DNA from: a virus
IMG/VR virus record: IMGVR_UViG_3300027749_000049
Span: 64,005-128,004 of that record
Strand: one strand, 5' to 3'
DNA: 64,000 nt
The notes under the pieces: generated by a model
What the model saw: the letters and a program-made list of their open reading frames with translations, nothing else
Database searches by the model: none
Told to the model about the DNA's origin: nothing
Program-made: the position numbers and the translations under genes
Shown here: positions 18,736-28,113 of the stretch, piece by piece
Numbering within the stretch: position 1 is the stretch's first letter
Layout of the letters: the number at the start of each line of letters is the position of its first letter

Positions 18736-18999
18736 TGGGTAACCAGGACATGGGCCTGCCCTAGACTTGGCTAGTCTAGTAGTCAGGGTCTATAGGATAG
18801 GGTTCTGAATAGGGTTGGGTATAGGGTTGGGTATACGGGTTATTTTTCTTTTTATGTATATAAGTAGACAGAGTCTTGCCTGGAGAGTTTCTTCTTAGAT
18901 TAGTATCTTTACTTAGAGTAGTAGGGCGCGCCTCTAAGCTTTGGGACGCAGGCATACCCACGGCCAGGACCCGGACCGATTGGGTATATTAGACTCAAT

Positions 19000-19086
19000 A
19001 GTCAGGTGGCTGAAATGGTAACAGCACAACGAAACTCTTAGGGTTGTTGGTCAAAACTTATAGGTTCGATTCCTGTCCTGATTACA
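19000..19086 (+). ncRNA. tRNA-like RNA 1 (non-canonical anticodon arm)
   Basis: Acceptor AGTCAGG/CCTGATT-ACA, D arm GCTGAAATGGTAACAGC, T arm ATAGG-TTCGATT-CCTGT. Confidence 0.75.
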
Positions 19087-19160
19087 AATAAATGAGTTCA
19101 CAATTTGCCGATGCACTTCGCCATGCGGATTCACAATGGGCTAATGTACCTCATTTATAC

Positions 19161-19239
19161 AGTCAGGTAGCTAAATGGGTAAAGCGGTTCCTCTTCACAA
19201 AGATGGAATGATGCAGGTTCGAGTCCTGTCCTGACTACA
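19161..19239 (+). ncRNA. tRNA-like RNA 2
   Basis: Acceptor AGTCAGG/CCTGACT-ACA, T arm GCAGG-TTCGAGT-CCTGT, extended bulged central hairpin. Confidence 0.75.
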
Positions 19240-19331
19240 CAGATTAATGGTATAATAACCCTATAAAAGTAGAAACAACGTCTCCCCAGTTTCTTGTTCC
19301 GTGCACGGAAAGGATTTATAAGGAGCAATTT

Positions 19332-19438
19332 AGTCAGGTGGCGGAATGGTAGACGCTAAGAAAGAGATAAACTTTGTACTTCACATGATGGTACACTAAA
19401 GCATTATCTCGTATAGGTTCGAATCCTATCCTGACTAC
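19332..19438 (+). ncRNA. tRNA-like RNA 3 (Leu-type D arm, long irregular helix)
   Basis: AGTCAGG-TGGCGGAATGGTAGACGC...ATAGG-TTCGAAT-CCTAT-CCTGACT-ACA; helix GAGATAA/TTATCTC. Confidence 0.8.
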
Positions 19439-19440
19439 AA

Positions 19441-19518
19441 ATAGATGTATTGATCGTCTAGCGGTAAGACATATCGTAAGATAAGACGCAGGTTCAAATC
19501 CTGGGTATTTGCATCTAT
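19441..19518 (+). ncRNA. tRNA-like RNA 4 (degenerate)
   Basis: ATAGATGTA/TGCATCTAT closing stem, D arm GTC-TAGCGGTAA-GAC, TATC-GTAA-GATA hairpin, CAGG-TTCAAAT-CCTG. Confidence 0.6.
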
Positions 19519-19523
19519 TAAAT

Positions 19524-19607
19524 AGTCAGGCGGCGAGCATGGTGGCACCTACCCAAGTGGCTTGAGCTCGTTAATGGTCCATACCCGTTCGAATCGGGTC
19601 CTGACTA
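19524..19607 (+). ncRNA. tRNA-like RNA 5
   Basis: AGTCAGG/CCTGACT-A acceptor, T arm ACCCG-TTCGAAT-CGGGT. Confidence 0.7.
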
Positions 19608-19621
19608 CTAATATAAAAATA

Positions 19622-19858
19622 ATGAAAGCAATACTTGAATTTGACTTAACTGATCCGGCTGATGTTGAAGCCCACCTACGTTGTGTACAGTCCTTGGAGC
19701 TGGTGCTCTTTGTGCTCAAGATAGAAGCCGACCTCAGGGCTAAACTAAAGCACGGCGAGCTCAGCGAATGCGAATGGCGAACCCTTGACAAGTTCAGGGA
19801 AGAGTTTTATGCAGAGCTCAATGGGCACGGTATTAACCTTGACAAGCTGATTAGTTAG
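19622..19858 (+). CDS. Hypothetical phage protein
   Basis: MKAILEFDL start. Confidence 0.7.
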   Translation: MKAILEFDLTDPADVEAHLRCVQSLELVLFVLKIEADLRAKLKHGELSECEWRTLDKFREEFYAELNGHGINLDKLIS

Positions 19859-19915
19859 AGCCCAATTGGTGTATATTAGCCTAGATAAATAACTTTACAA
19901 AAAAAGAATTAGAAA

Positions 19916-20227
19916 ATGAAACAACCAATAATTAAAAGATTTGGGCAATTTGTAAACGAAAACCACATGGGCGATATGAATGATATGGGTCGTGAAGATG
20001 TTGCATATACTTATGAAGTTGGTGTAGCTGTTCAGGAGATTGGTAAACGTGAAACCTCTAAACTAATAGATGAATTTGAAAAAGCCGGTATTGAGATATT
20101 AGATAGAACTGACGGTTTATATAATGGCGATGAGGACTGGACGTTAAGAGGTACCAAGTCAAATTTAGAAAGGACGCTTCTTTCATGGGGTTTTGATTTT
20201 AATGAAGATAATCTGGTAAACGACTAG
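19916..20227 (+). CDS. Putative head-internal protein (CTS-like)
   Basis: MKQPIIKRFGQFVNEN; GATAAATA at 19884. Confidence 0.7.
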   Translation: MKQPIIKRFGQFVNENHMGDMNDMGREDVAYTYEVGVAVQEIGKRETSKLIDEFEKAGIEILDRTDGLYNGDEDWTLRGTKSNLERTLLSWGFDFNEDNLVND

Positions 20228-20261
20228 GACTTTGTAATATTAATTACCAACACATAACTCT

Positions 20262-20317
20262 AAAAGGACCCTTAGCAATATCGGTCTTTTTTTTGGGTAT
20301 ATTAACCTAAATAAATA
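20262..20317 (+). promoter_or_regulatory. Terminator plus GGTATATTA plus late-promoter cassette (near copy at 22052-22107)
   Basis: AAAAGGACCC(T/A)TAGCAATAT(C/T)GGTC(T/C)TTTT...GGGTATA(T/A)TAACC...ATAAATAAC in both places. Confidence 0.7.
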
Positions 20318-20341
20318 ACCTTACCAAAAAGAATTAAACTA

Positions 20342-21118
20342 ATGAAACACGAAATAATAAAAGGATTTACCAAGTTTATAAACGAAAACTACTCTGACGA
20401 ATCGGCTGACAACTCAATATCACCTAAACAGCACAGTTCAAATTTAGACAGACTACGCCAATTAGGTATAGCGGACGGGATTGCAACTGTATATGCAGGT
20501 AACAGCAATGAAGAAATGCTTAGACTTACATTTAGTACAAGTGATGAGGAAGTTTTAATTAGTCTAGATTCATTAGCAGAGGTAGTTGATATTGATGATA
20601 TGTCTGAAGAAGGTGAGGCTGCAATTAACTCAGCACTATGGAACAGAGCCGAACAACTTGCAAAAAGTCATGGTTGCAGTATATTAATTGATGATGAGAC
20701 TGGCTCTGAGCATCATATATACGAAGCAGCAAATGAAAATGCTAATCTAAATCGACTTAGGCAATTAGGTATTGCTGACCATGAATGGCAAGCGAGTATG
20801 GTTATTGATTTTGATTACATATACGATGGTACACCAGATGGAGTTAAAGCACTATTTATGGAGCATGCGCAAAATGCAGGAGCAGTTAAAATTAATCTAG
20901 AGTCAGTTGACATTGATGATTGGACAGATGAGAATACCCAAACAACTGATGAAGATGGTGAAACTGGGATTAACTATGGGTTTCAAGCATTAATCTATTT
21001 TACATTTACTACTCCCTTAACTGACTATCACCAAATAAAAGAATCACTTGAAAGTACCTTTCCAAATAATGTGTTTATGTATGTTGACGAGTTATCTCGA
21101 CTTGATTCGAATAAATAA
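20342..21118 (+). CDS. Putative head-internal, two-module acidic protein
   Basis: MKHEIIKGFTKFINEN; NLDRLRQLGI and NLNRLRQLGI. Confidence 0.7.
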   Translation: MKHEIIKGFTKFINENYSDESADNSISPKQHSSNLDRLRQLGIADGIATVYAGNSNEEMLRLTFSTSDEEVLISLDSLAEVVDIDDMSEEGEAAINSALWNRAEQLAKSHGCSILIDDETGSEHHIYEAANENANLNRLRQLGIADHEWQASMVIDFDYIYDGTPDGVKALFMEHAQNAGAVKINLESVDIDDWTDENTQTTDEDGETGINYGFQALIYFTFTTPLTDYHQIKESLESTFPNNVFMYVDELSRLDSNK

Positions 21119-21135
21119 AAAAAAAGAATTAGAAA

Positions 21136-22029
21136 ATGAAAAAGATAATTAAAGGATTTACTCAATTTGTAAACGAAAACTTCTATTATGGGGAAAAAGA
21201 TAGTGATGCTACTTTATTTGATAGCTATGAAGAAGCTGATAAAATTACAGCGGCTGCATTAGGTTGTAGTCTAGAAGAACTAGACAACTATTTTATTGGT
21301 TCACCAGTTACAAGAGAAGGCGAACCTAATATGATGGATGATTTTGCTCCAGTGATAGACTTGTTTAATACTGAAATAGATCCTGAAGAACCTCAATGGT
21401 CAGTTCGTAATACACGTAACAGCGACTGGCGTTTAAAGAAACACGGTCAAATTATTTGGACAGTAAATCAGGCTGGTCCAGGTGGTTATGCTCAAGCTCA
21501 TCTATTTAACCATAACGGAATGACAGTTGTAGTAATTGATGGAGATGATGGTCCGTTTGTCTATATTAAACCAAGTGTAAACGAAGGAGATAATCCAGCA
21601 CATAATTTCTTGAGAAAAACACATAAACACAAGACTGGTGAAGAGCCTAACCCTAAATATAATGGGGAAGAACTAGAACGTGAGTTTGGTGCTATGAGCG
21701 ATACTGATAAAGATCGTTTTGAAAAAGTTGCAGATCGTACTAGAAATTTCCGTAAAGCTGATGTTAGCCGTGCAAAAGAGTCAGTAATTGCCGCATTCTA
21801 CCGTAACAATCCAAACCGACTATTATTGATATTAGACGACGCATACTTTACTCGTGGAAGCGAGGTCGCAACTGATATTGTTGACAAGTTTGTGAATGAC
21901 CCGAGTATGACACTAACTCAACTAGCACAAGAGGTTTCATCTAGTGATACTCATCGCGAGACTAGTCCAGAATCGGTGATTCGCCTATTGACTATGTACG
22001 CTAACAATCCTAGGATTGGAATATCTTAA
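21136..22029 (+). CDS. Putative head-internal protein (CTS-like)
   Basis: MKKIIKGFTQFVNEN. Confidence 0.7.
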   Translation: MKKIIKGFTQFVNENFYYGEKDSDATLFDSYEEADKITAAALGCSLEELDNYFIGSPVTREGEPNMMDDFAPVIDLFNTEIDPEEPQWSVRNTRNSDWRLKKHGQIIWTVNQAGPGGYAQAHLFNHNGMTVVVIDGDDGPFVYIKPSVNEGDNPAHNFLRKTHKHKTGEEPNPKYNGEELEREFGAMSDTDKDRFEKVADRTRNFRKADVSRAKESVIAAFYRNNPNRLLLILDDAYFTRGSEVATDIVDKFVNDPSMTLTQLAQEVSSSDTHRETSPESVIRLLTMYANNPRIGIS

Positions 22030-22112
22030 ACACTAGTTTAAAATTTCTTAAAAAAGGACCCATAGCAATATTGGTCCTTTTTTGGGGTATAATAACCAAG
22101 ATAAATAACTTC

Positions 22113-22568
22113 ATGAAATACCTTAAACTGTTTGAAAACCAATCTTCTCCAAATACAGCCAAGAATTTAGCTAGGCTAAGGCAATTAGGTATTGCTAAAT
22201 ACGCAGCTACTTGGGAAGTTCAACTTGAAATAGACTGGGATCAAGCTGCTCAAAGTGAACCTCAAGAAGTCAAGGACTATTTTATAGAAATCTTTGTGGA
22301 TCAAGCTGAGCAATACGAATATCGTATTAACGTAGATTTAATTGATGTAGATACATGGAAGCACTCAAACTATTGGAGAGGTATTAATCCAAACTATAAT
22401 AGACGAGATTTTGTTACCTTTACTCTTGAGAGCCCAACTGCCGATCAGGAAGAGGTAGAACAATGGATTGACGATCATTTATTAGGTAGACTATTTAGTT
22501 CTCTTGAGTCTATTGAAAAAATTGAATATAACGAAGAAGCCGAAGAAGCCTCTGACCAAATTATATAA
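22113..22568 (+). CDS. Putative head-internal protein (CTS-like, NLARLRQLGI)
   Basis: MKYLKLFEN 5 nt after GATAAATA. Confidence 0.7.
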   Translation: MKYLKLFENQSSPNTAKNLARLRQLGIAKYAATWEVQLEIDWDQAAQSEPQEVKDYFIEIFVDQAEQYEYRINVDLIDVDTWKHSNYWRGINPNYNRRDFVTFTLESPTADQEEVEQWIDDHLLGRLFSSLESIEKIEYNEEAEEASDQII

Positions 22569-22580
22569 TTAAATTATTTT

Positions 22581-24689
22581 ATGAAATTCCTTAAACCTTT
22601 TAATCAATTAGACGAAATTCGGAAGTCCGACTTAAATCCAAACCTGAAAAGGCTAATTGATTTAGGTATTGCGGAGGAAGAGTTGGATTGGAAGGTAGAC
22701 TACGATGAGGATACTAAGAGCATGGAAAGCAGTGATAAGCAAAGAATATTAAAGTATAGATCCCCAACCGGCGCTCACATTACTAAAATTGAGGGTAATA
22801 TTGAAGCATTTCAAACCCAATTAGACATTTACTTTAGCAATGAAGATAAAATTCAAATGCATACTAAATTCTCACAACACCCTGGAGACAAGGGTCGAGC
22901 CACTTTTCAAGTTAAGCATAATAGTAAATGGCACTCAGTATTTAACCCAATAGTTAGTTCTGATAAAGCTGAACAATGGTTAGAGAAAGTAGAAGACTCA
23001 GGCTCAAGCGTTCAGCCAATATTCTATTATTACGAAGAGTTTTTAAAAGCCTTACCTAATTACCAAAGTTATTGGACAATGGAAAATGAAGGTTTAGATT
23101 TAGACGAAATTCGGCAGTCTGCCTTAAATCCAAACCTGAAAAGACTAATTGATTTGGGTATTGCAAAGGAAGAGTTAGATTGGGACGTTAAGTATGACGA
23201 GGACATGCGTGCTTATGAAAATACTGATAGACAAGCTACGTATGATTATGAATCCCCAACCGGTGATCAGGTTATTAGTGTTGAAGGCACAGTCACCAAA
23301 TTTGAAACTAAATTAAGCTTTAAGCTCAGTGATTCAACAATATATGCACATGTTAACTTCCCAAAATCAGCTAAGAGTAAAAGTCGAGTCATTTTAACTA
23401 TGGCGTATTCTGACAGCCAATCCAATCTACCTGTTTGGTTAACCGTATTTGGAGGTGGGCTCCGATCTAGCGAGCCTACTGGCAATGCCAAAGAATGGTT
23501 AGGCTTAGTTAAGCAACACAATTCAGCGGTATGGCCTATCTTCTATTATTGCAATGAGTTTTTAAAAACCTTAAATGAAGGTTTAAATATTACAACCAAT
23601 GAAATGATGAAGCCTGACTATACTCGACTACAGTTATTCATTAGAGCTTTACGTGATTTACCAATTGACTCAAATATAATACTTAAAATACGCCAACTAA
23701 TTAATAATCTGATAATTGATCCTTATCATAATAGGATTTCTATTTTAGCTGAAGTAGACTACGGCTTTTCAGATATTCCAGGTATCAGTGAATTGGTTGC
23801 AAAGTTTAGTAGACCGCTCACTGAAGCCCTTGAGATACAACCTCATCAAGACGCTGAGATAACCCAAATGGGCATAACTCTTGCAAATTTTAAAAGGCTA
23901 GTTGAAATTGGAGTTATTGAGGATGAGGTATATCGTCGTCAATTTAAGAACCTGGCGGTTTCATTTAATAAATTAATTAAAGGTTTACAACTTAACGTGA
24001 GAGACCAAACTGATCTTGACCTATTAATGTCGCTTAGACAAAAGGCTGGTCAAGATTCATTGCTTGGATTGGAAACTGCTGGCACTAAGGCTCTATTAGC
24101 AAAAGGTTTACATCTGGTTTCAAGTCCAACTCAATTGACCAATGGCTCTTTAATATTTTCGCTTGACTCAGATTATAAACGTCGTAATGGATGGGGTATT
24201 GGGTTCTTTCCTGGTCCAAAGGTTATTAGGCGTATGACCCCAAAGCAAATCAATATTGGAGTTTGGTCAAGAAGCTATGGGTCAATGGATATTGGAATAA
24301 AACATTTTAAGGATACCCCTACTGATGTTGACTTCTATAATAAGGCAATGTTATGGGCTGCTGATAACATTGATTTTGAACATGCAGCTTTGTATCCCGA
24401 AGAGAACCAATGGAAATATTATAAAAAGAAAAAGGACTCACCAGCTAAACGGTCTGAATCAGACGAATTACGTGTACAAGCAACCGCAATGGATTCAAGG
24501 ACTAGGATCAAACCATATCAAACATGGGAAGGCCGGCTTGAAGCACTTAACGTTCATCTTGAAGCCTCGAAATTAAGACTTAAAGCCTCTCAACTTGACA
24601 ATGATGAAGCTGCAGTAATCAGTGCAAAAGAGCAAATTGCCCATATTGAACTTGATATAGCTAACTTACAAAACAAATTAACCAATTAA
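22581..24689 (+). CDS. Multi-module putative head-internal protein with an internal duplication
   Basis: LDEIRxSxLNPNLKRLIDLGIAxEELDW twice, 492 nt apart; third copy NFKRLVEIGV. Confidence 0.75.
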   Translation: MKFLKPFNQLDEIRKSDLNPNLKRLIDLGIAEEELDWKVDYDEDTKSMESSDKQRILKYRSPTGAHITKIEGNIEAFQTQLDIYFSNEDKIQMHTKFSQHPGDKGRATFQVKHNSKWHSVFNPIVSSDKAEQWLEKVEDSGSSVQPIFYYYEEFLKALPNYQSYWTMENEGLDLDEIRQSALNPNLKRLIDLGIAKEELDWDVKYDEDMRAYENTDRQATYDYESPTGDQVISVEGTVTKFETKLSFKLSDSTIYAHVNFPKSAKSKSRVILTMAYSDSQSNLPVWLTVFGGGLRSSEPTGNAKEWLGLVKQHNSAVWPIFYYCNEFLKTLNEGLNITTNEMMKPDYTRLQLFIRALRDLPIDSNIILKIRQLINNLIIDPYHNRISILAEVDYGFSDIPGISELVAKFSRPLTEALEIQPHQDAEITQMGITLANFKRLVEIGVIEDEVYRRQFKNLAVSFNKLIKGLQLNVRDQTDLDLLMSLRQKAGQDSLLGLETAGTKALLAKGLHLVSSPTQLTNGSLIFSLDSDYKRRNGWGIGFFPGPKVIRRMTPKQINIGVWSRSYGSMDIGIKHFKDTPTDVDFYNKAMLWAADNIDFEHAALYPEENQWKYYKKKKDSPAKRSESDELRVQATAMDSRTRIKPYQTWEGRLEALNVHLEASKLRLKASQLDNDEAAVISAKEQIAHIELDIANLQNKLTN

Positions 24690-24706
24690 AATATACAATA
24701 TAAAAT

Positions 24707-26428
24707 ATGAGAATAGTTGAATCATTTAGCAATTGGATAACTTCATACGAGATTAATGAAAATATCTCTGCTGCTAAAATCTTTATGCAAAAAAGATATG
24801 CAAAAAGATTACGTAAAGAACCTAATGCGTTAACCCCTGAAGAATTAGTAAAAGCAGTAGAAGATCCAATTTATAAAGAGGTAATCGATATGGTTCAAGG
24901 CTATCCAGGTTATGCAATGTCATTTATTAAATTCCATTTTGATCATGGTGCAACTCTTGAGCAATTAGCTGAGTTGTTAAAGGTAATTCAAACCGAAAAA
25001 TATATTATCCAACAACTACCAAAAACAATTGATCAATATTCAAATGCTGAACCGCTTGGTAATATTAAAGGTTTTGAACAGCTAATGGATGCAATTAGAA
25101 CAGTTAAAAGATCAAAGGAGGCTAAATGGCTAGTTGATCGTCTACCTAAACGACTTAGGGATGGAGCTCGATCACTAGATATTGATGCTAAAAATACCTT
25201 GGTTAATGCTGCAATTAAATTAACTGAATTAGATACTGAAAATCCAGTTGAACAAGGCAAATTATCAATTAGCGCTAGGCTGCTTACCAAAATTAAACAG
25301 TTTGATACTGAAGGTTGGCAAATTGAAGAGGTGCTTGACTATATTGTAAAATACATTAAAGGATTCTCTAATCTAGACCTAAGCACTAAGATAAAGGCAA
25401 TTGAGGCGTTAGACCCAGAGGCTGGAGTTTTATATTCTGACGATCAATATTTGGTAATGAGTATGCGAACTGAAAAAGCTCAAAAGGATCTATGTTCCAT
25501 TGCCAACTGGTGTATTAATAGAGGACAGTTTAATAGCTATGCAAGTAAAGGTCTTCAAGTTAATATCTTTAATTTTGGACTTGACCCAACTGATAAATTA
25601 TTTTTAACCGGTACCACCATATCCTTTGGCGGTAAAGTAACTGATTCTCATGATATTAATGATAGATCCATTAAAGGTTCTGATAATCCAGTATACCACT
25701 TTACTCAATTAGGTTACCCAAGCAACTTAGTAAAAACAGTAGTTCGTCAATTATCTACTGAGTTTATGGTTAAAAGGGTAGTCGCTAATCTTAACCTAGA
25801 TAAACTTAAACCAGCTGAGGTATTATTTAATATTATTAAATCAAGTTACTTGATTGACCCAACCGCAAATACCGATTCATTAGACACTGTGTTATACATA
25901 GTTGAGACTCGAATTAAATCGTCAATGTCAGAAGAAGAAATTATTAATTTATATTCTAAAAATGGAATACTTTCATTATTTTCTGCAAAGCTATTTAAAA
26001 TGTTACTGCCGAATCCGGCTGAAATTAGTACTAAGAAAATACTAGATAATACAATTGGATTATTTGCTGAACTTAATAGTATTCATCAAACTGATCTGGC
26101 TGTACTTCAACAAGCTCCACACTTAACTTATATGTTATCTCAAGAGAAAGCAATTCTTAATGAACTTGGACTTACTCAACAAGATGTTGAAGAAGTAATG
26201 GAATCAATTGATCATGCGAGATTCCGTAAATTAATTATGGAATTTATAGCGGCGGAACCTATGACCAAGCCTGTTACTAAACCGGCTAGACCAACAACTA
26301 AACCTGCTACACCAAGCAGACCAAGTCCAATTCCAAACAAACAACCGTTTAAACAACCTGAACCGGCAAAGGCGGAAGCTGATGATGTTATAAAAAGATA
26401 TACACTATTAACCAATGAAAAGTTTTAA
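24707..26428 (+). CDS. Large hypothetical virion-associated protein
   Basis: CTS-like start MRIVESFSNW...INEN; WCI motif; Pro-rich C-terminus. Confidence 0.7.
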   Translation: MRIVESFSNWITSYEINENISAAKIFMQKRYAKRLRKEPNALTPEELVKAVEDPIYKEVIDMVQGYPGYAMSFIKFHFDHGATLEQLAELLKVIQTEKYIIQQLPKTIDQYSNAEPLGNIKGFEQLMDAIRTVKRSKEAKWLVDRLPKRLRDGARSLDIDAKNTLVNAAIKLTELDTENPVEQGKLSISARLLTKIKQFDTEGWQIEEVLDYIVKYIKGFSNLDLSTKIKAIEALDPEAGVLYSDDQYLVMSMRTEKAQKDLCSIANWCINRGQFNSYASKGLQVNIFNFGLDPTDKLFLTGTTISFGGKVTDSHDINDRSIKGSDNPVYHFTQLGYPSNLVKTVVRQLSTEFMVKRVVANLNLDKLKPAEVLFNIIKSSYLIDPTANTDSLDTVLYIVETRIKSSMSEEEIINLYSKNGILSLFSAKLFKMLLPNPAEISTKKILDNTIGLFAELNSIHQTDLAVLQQAPHLTYMLSQEKAILNELGLTQQDVEEVMESIDHARFRKLIMEFIAAEPMTKPVTKPARPTTKPATPSRPSPIPNKQPFKQPEPAKAEADDVIKRYTLLTNEKF

Positions 26429-27806
26429 ACAATTCCTAAATGAAGCAGATATTAAAGGCAATCCTGCAGTATCTCCAGAATATTTAGCATCTTTAAATAA
26501 AAGAGCTGAGCAAAGTGCTCGTGAAATTGAGTCTAAATACGGTCGCGATATGGGCTCGTTAATGAGAGCGGTTCATGAAGTTCAGCGTATGCAAAGAGGC
26601 AAAGAGAAACAGCTTGAGACTTTAACAAAAGAAGTTATCTTAGACCAGTATGCTACAATTCTTGGAGAAACCGAATTAGACATTCGAATTCCAGTTGATC
26701 AGCGTGAAATGAAACAGAAAATGGATCAAGAAGATCCAGAAGAACCTGAGCAACCAACCTTTAAGGAAATAGAAGACGAGGATACTAAAACAGCAATTCA
26801 CAAACGTAAGATCTTAAACATGATTGCACAAGGCGAAGCTATTAATTCAAAGAAGATGTTAATGGGCGATACTAACGTTGCTGGTTTAACTCAACTGTTT
26901 GGAGAAGAGCTTGCTAAAAAGATGGTTGAGCTTTTAGTTATGATCACCGATATTTGTAATGCGCGCGATTGGCGAATTCCAGAACAGGTTGCGGCTGCTA
27001 TGATTGAACAAGGAAGCTCACTTAGTGGAATTTCTAAAATTGAATGGAAGCCTAAAAAGAAAAAGGAAAAAAAAGAAGAAGAATCCGAAGAAGAACAGGA
27101 AGAGACCGAAGAAGATTTTTCAACTACGCCAAAATTAACTATTTTAGGTTTAGATCAGGCAATGTTATTCCATGAAGCGATTAAAGCAATATACGGTTTA
27201 ATTAATCAAGGCGGGCTTGCCCATCTTGACGATGAGACTATTGCCAAAGTTTTTATGAATGCTGATACTCCAGAAGACGAAGCTCAAGACTTAAAACGTG
27301 CTAAATTAACAGCCGCTGATCTTAGAGATTTTATTCAATCTTTTGCAGAGGTTGATGAGATTGAAAATGGTCGTGAATACGTTTGGGGTAAAATGATTGA
27401 TGCAAGTATTATACCAGATAAGGAATTCTTGGAGTTAATGAATTTGATTTTTACTGCAGCCCCAGAATACAGAACACTCGGAGAACGTGAACCTCAATAT
27501 ACCGAAGACGAACTAGCTAAAGCAGCAGAGGCAATGCCTAAAGCTCAAGCAAAAGTTCGTAAACTTATTCAACTAATTAAGAAAGAGCTTAAGGATTGGG
27601 AAGATTCGTTAGAGACTCCAGGCTATGAAGATAATTATGGAGAAGAAACTGATCAAGAGTTTAAAATGCCATCTCAACAATCTGACATATCTAGTCAAGA
27701 GCCAAATAAAAAGTTAAGCCCAAAAGAAATTCAAGATCTTATTGATCAAGCGCTAGATCGTAGAGATTTTGCTGAGGTTAAAAGATTATCTGATTTACTT
27801 CGATAA
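26415..27806 (+). CDS. Hypothetical virion-associated protein with C-terminal UVR-like motif
   Basis: MKSFKQFLNEA; IDQALDRRDFAEVKRL. Confidence 0.7.
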   Translation: MKSFKQFLNEADIKGNPAVSPEYLASLNKRAEQSAREIESKYGRDMGSLMRAVHEVQRMQRGKEKQLETLTKEVILDQYATILGETELDIRIPVDQREMKQKMDQEDPEEPEQPTFKEIEDEDTKTAIHKRKILNMIAQGEAINSKKMLMGDTNVAGLTQLFGEELAKKMVELLVMITDICNARDWRIPEQVAAAMIEQGSSLSGISKIEWKPKKKKEKKEEESEEEQEETEEDFSTTPKLTILGLDQAMLFHEAIKAIYGLINQGGLAHLDDETIAKVFMNADTPEDEAQDLKRAKLTAADLRDFIQSFAEVDEIENGREYVWGKMIDASIIPDKEFLELMNLIFTAAPEYRTLGEREPQYTEDELAKAAEAMPKAQAKVRKLIQLIKKELKDWEDSLETPGYEDNYGEETDQEFKMPSQQSDISSQEPNKKLSPKEIQDLIDQALDRRDFAEVKRLSDLLR

Positions 27807-27827
27807 CTAAATTTAATTTTATATTCT

Positions 27828-27855
27828 AAAGGCTGGTAACTCCAGCCTTTTTTTA
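27828..27855 (+). terminator. Intrinsic terminator
   Basis: AAAGGCTGG TAACT CCAGCCTTT TTTT. Confidence 0.75.
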
Positions 27856-27885
27856 TGTGATGATAGTACAATAGATTAAAAAGAC

Positions 27886-28104
27886 ATGGAAGCAGAAACT
27901 AAACTTACTAAAACTCAAATTGCAATTAGTCAAGCCCGTTTAATAATGGAAAGTTTTGATGCAAGTGGAGCGCTGACCATTGGTTATGACCAGCCTACTT
28001 ATGTCTTAACCTCTGATCAGATGTCAACCATTGCTGGAGCTCTGTATTTAGCAGATTGCGAAATTCAAGACATATTAGACAGACTATCAGTATTAGAGGA
28101 TTAA
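27886..28104 (+). CDS. Hypothetical protein
   Basis: ORF track. Confidence 0.6.
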   Translation: MEAETKLTKTQIAISQARLIMESFDASGALTIGYDQPTYVLTSDQMSTIAGALYLADCEIQDILDRLSVLED

Positions 28105-28113
28105 TAAACAGAT

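Noticed and set aside
17746-18980. Active IS607 element
   Set aside because: No tnpB, catalytic Ser motif altered, gene under a phage late-type promoter
19332-19438. Intron-containing tRNA or tmRNA
   Set aside because: Insert far too short for a group I intron; no G3-U70 pair or tag reading frame
19000-19607. Suppressor tRNAs or an alternative genetic code (TTA/TCA in loops)
   Set aside because: Loops are not canonical 7 nt anticodon loops, and standard-code ORFs tile the window with conserved enzymes intact and TAA, TAG and TGA all used as stops
22608-23200. Diversity-generating retroelement TR/VR pair
   Set aside because: In-frame domain duplication with non-adenine-specific differences; no reverse transcriptase in the window
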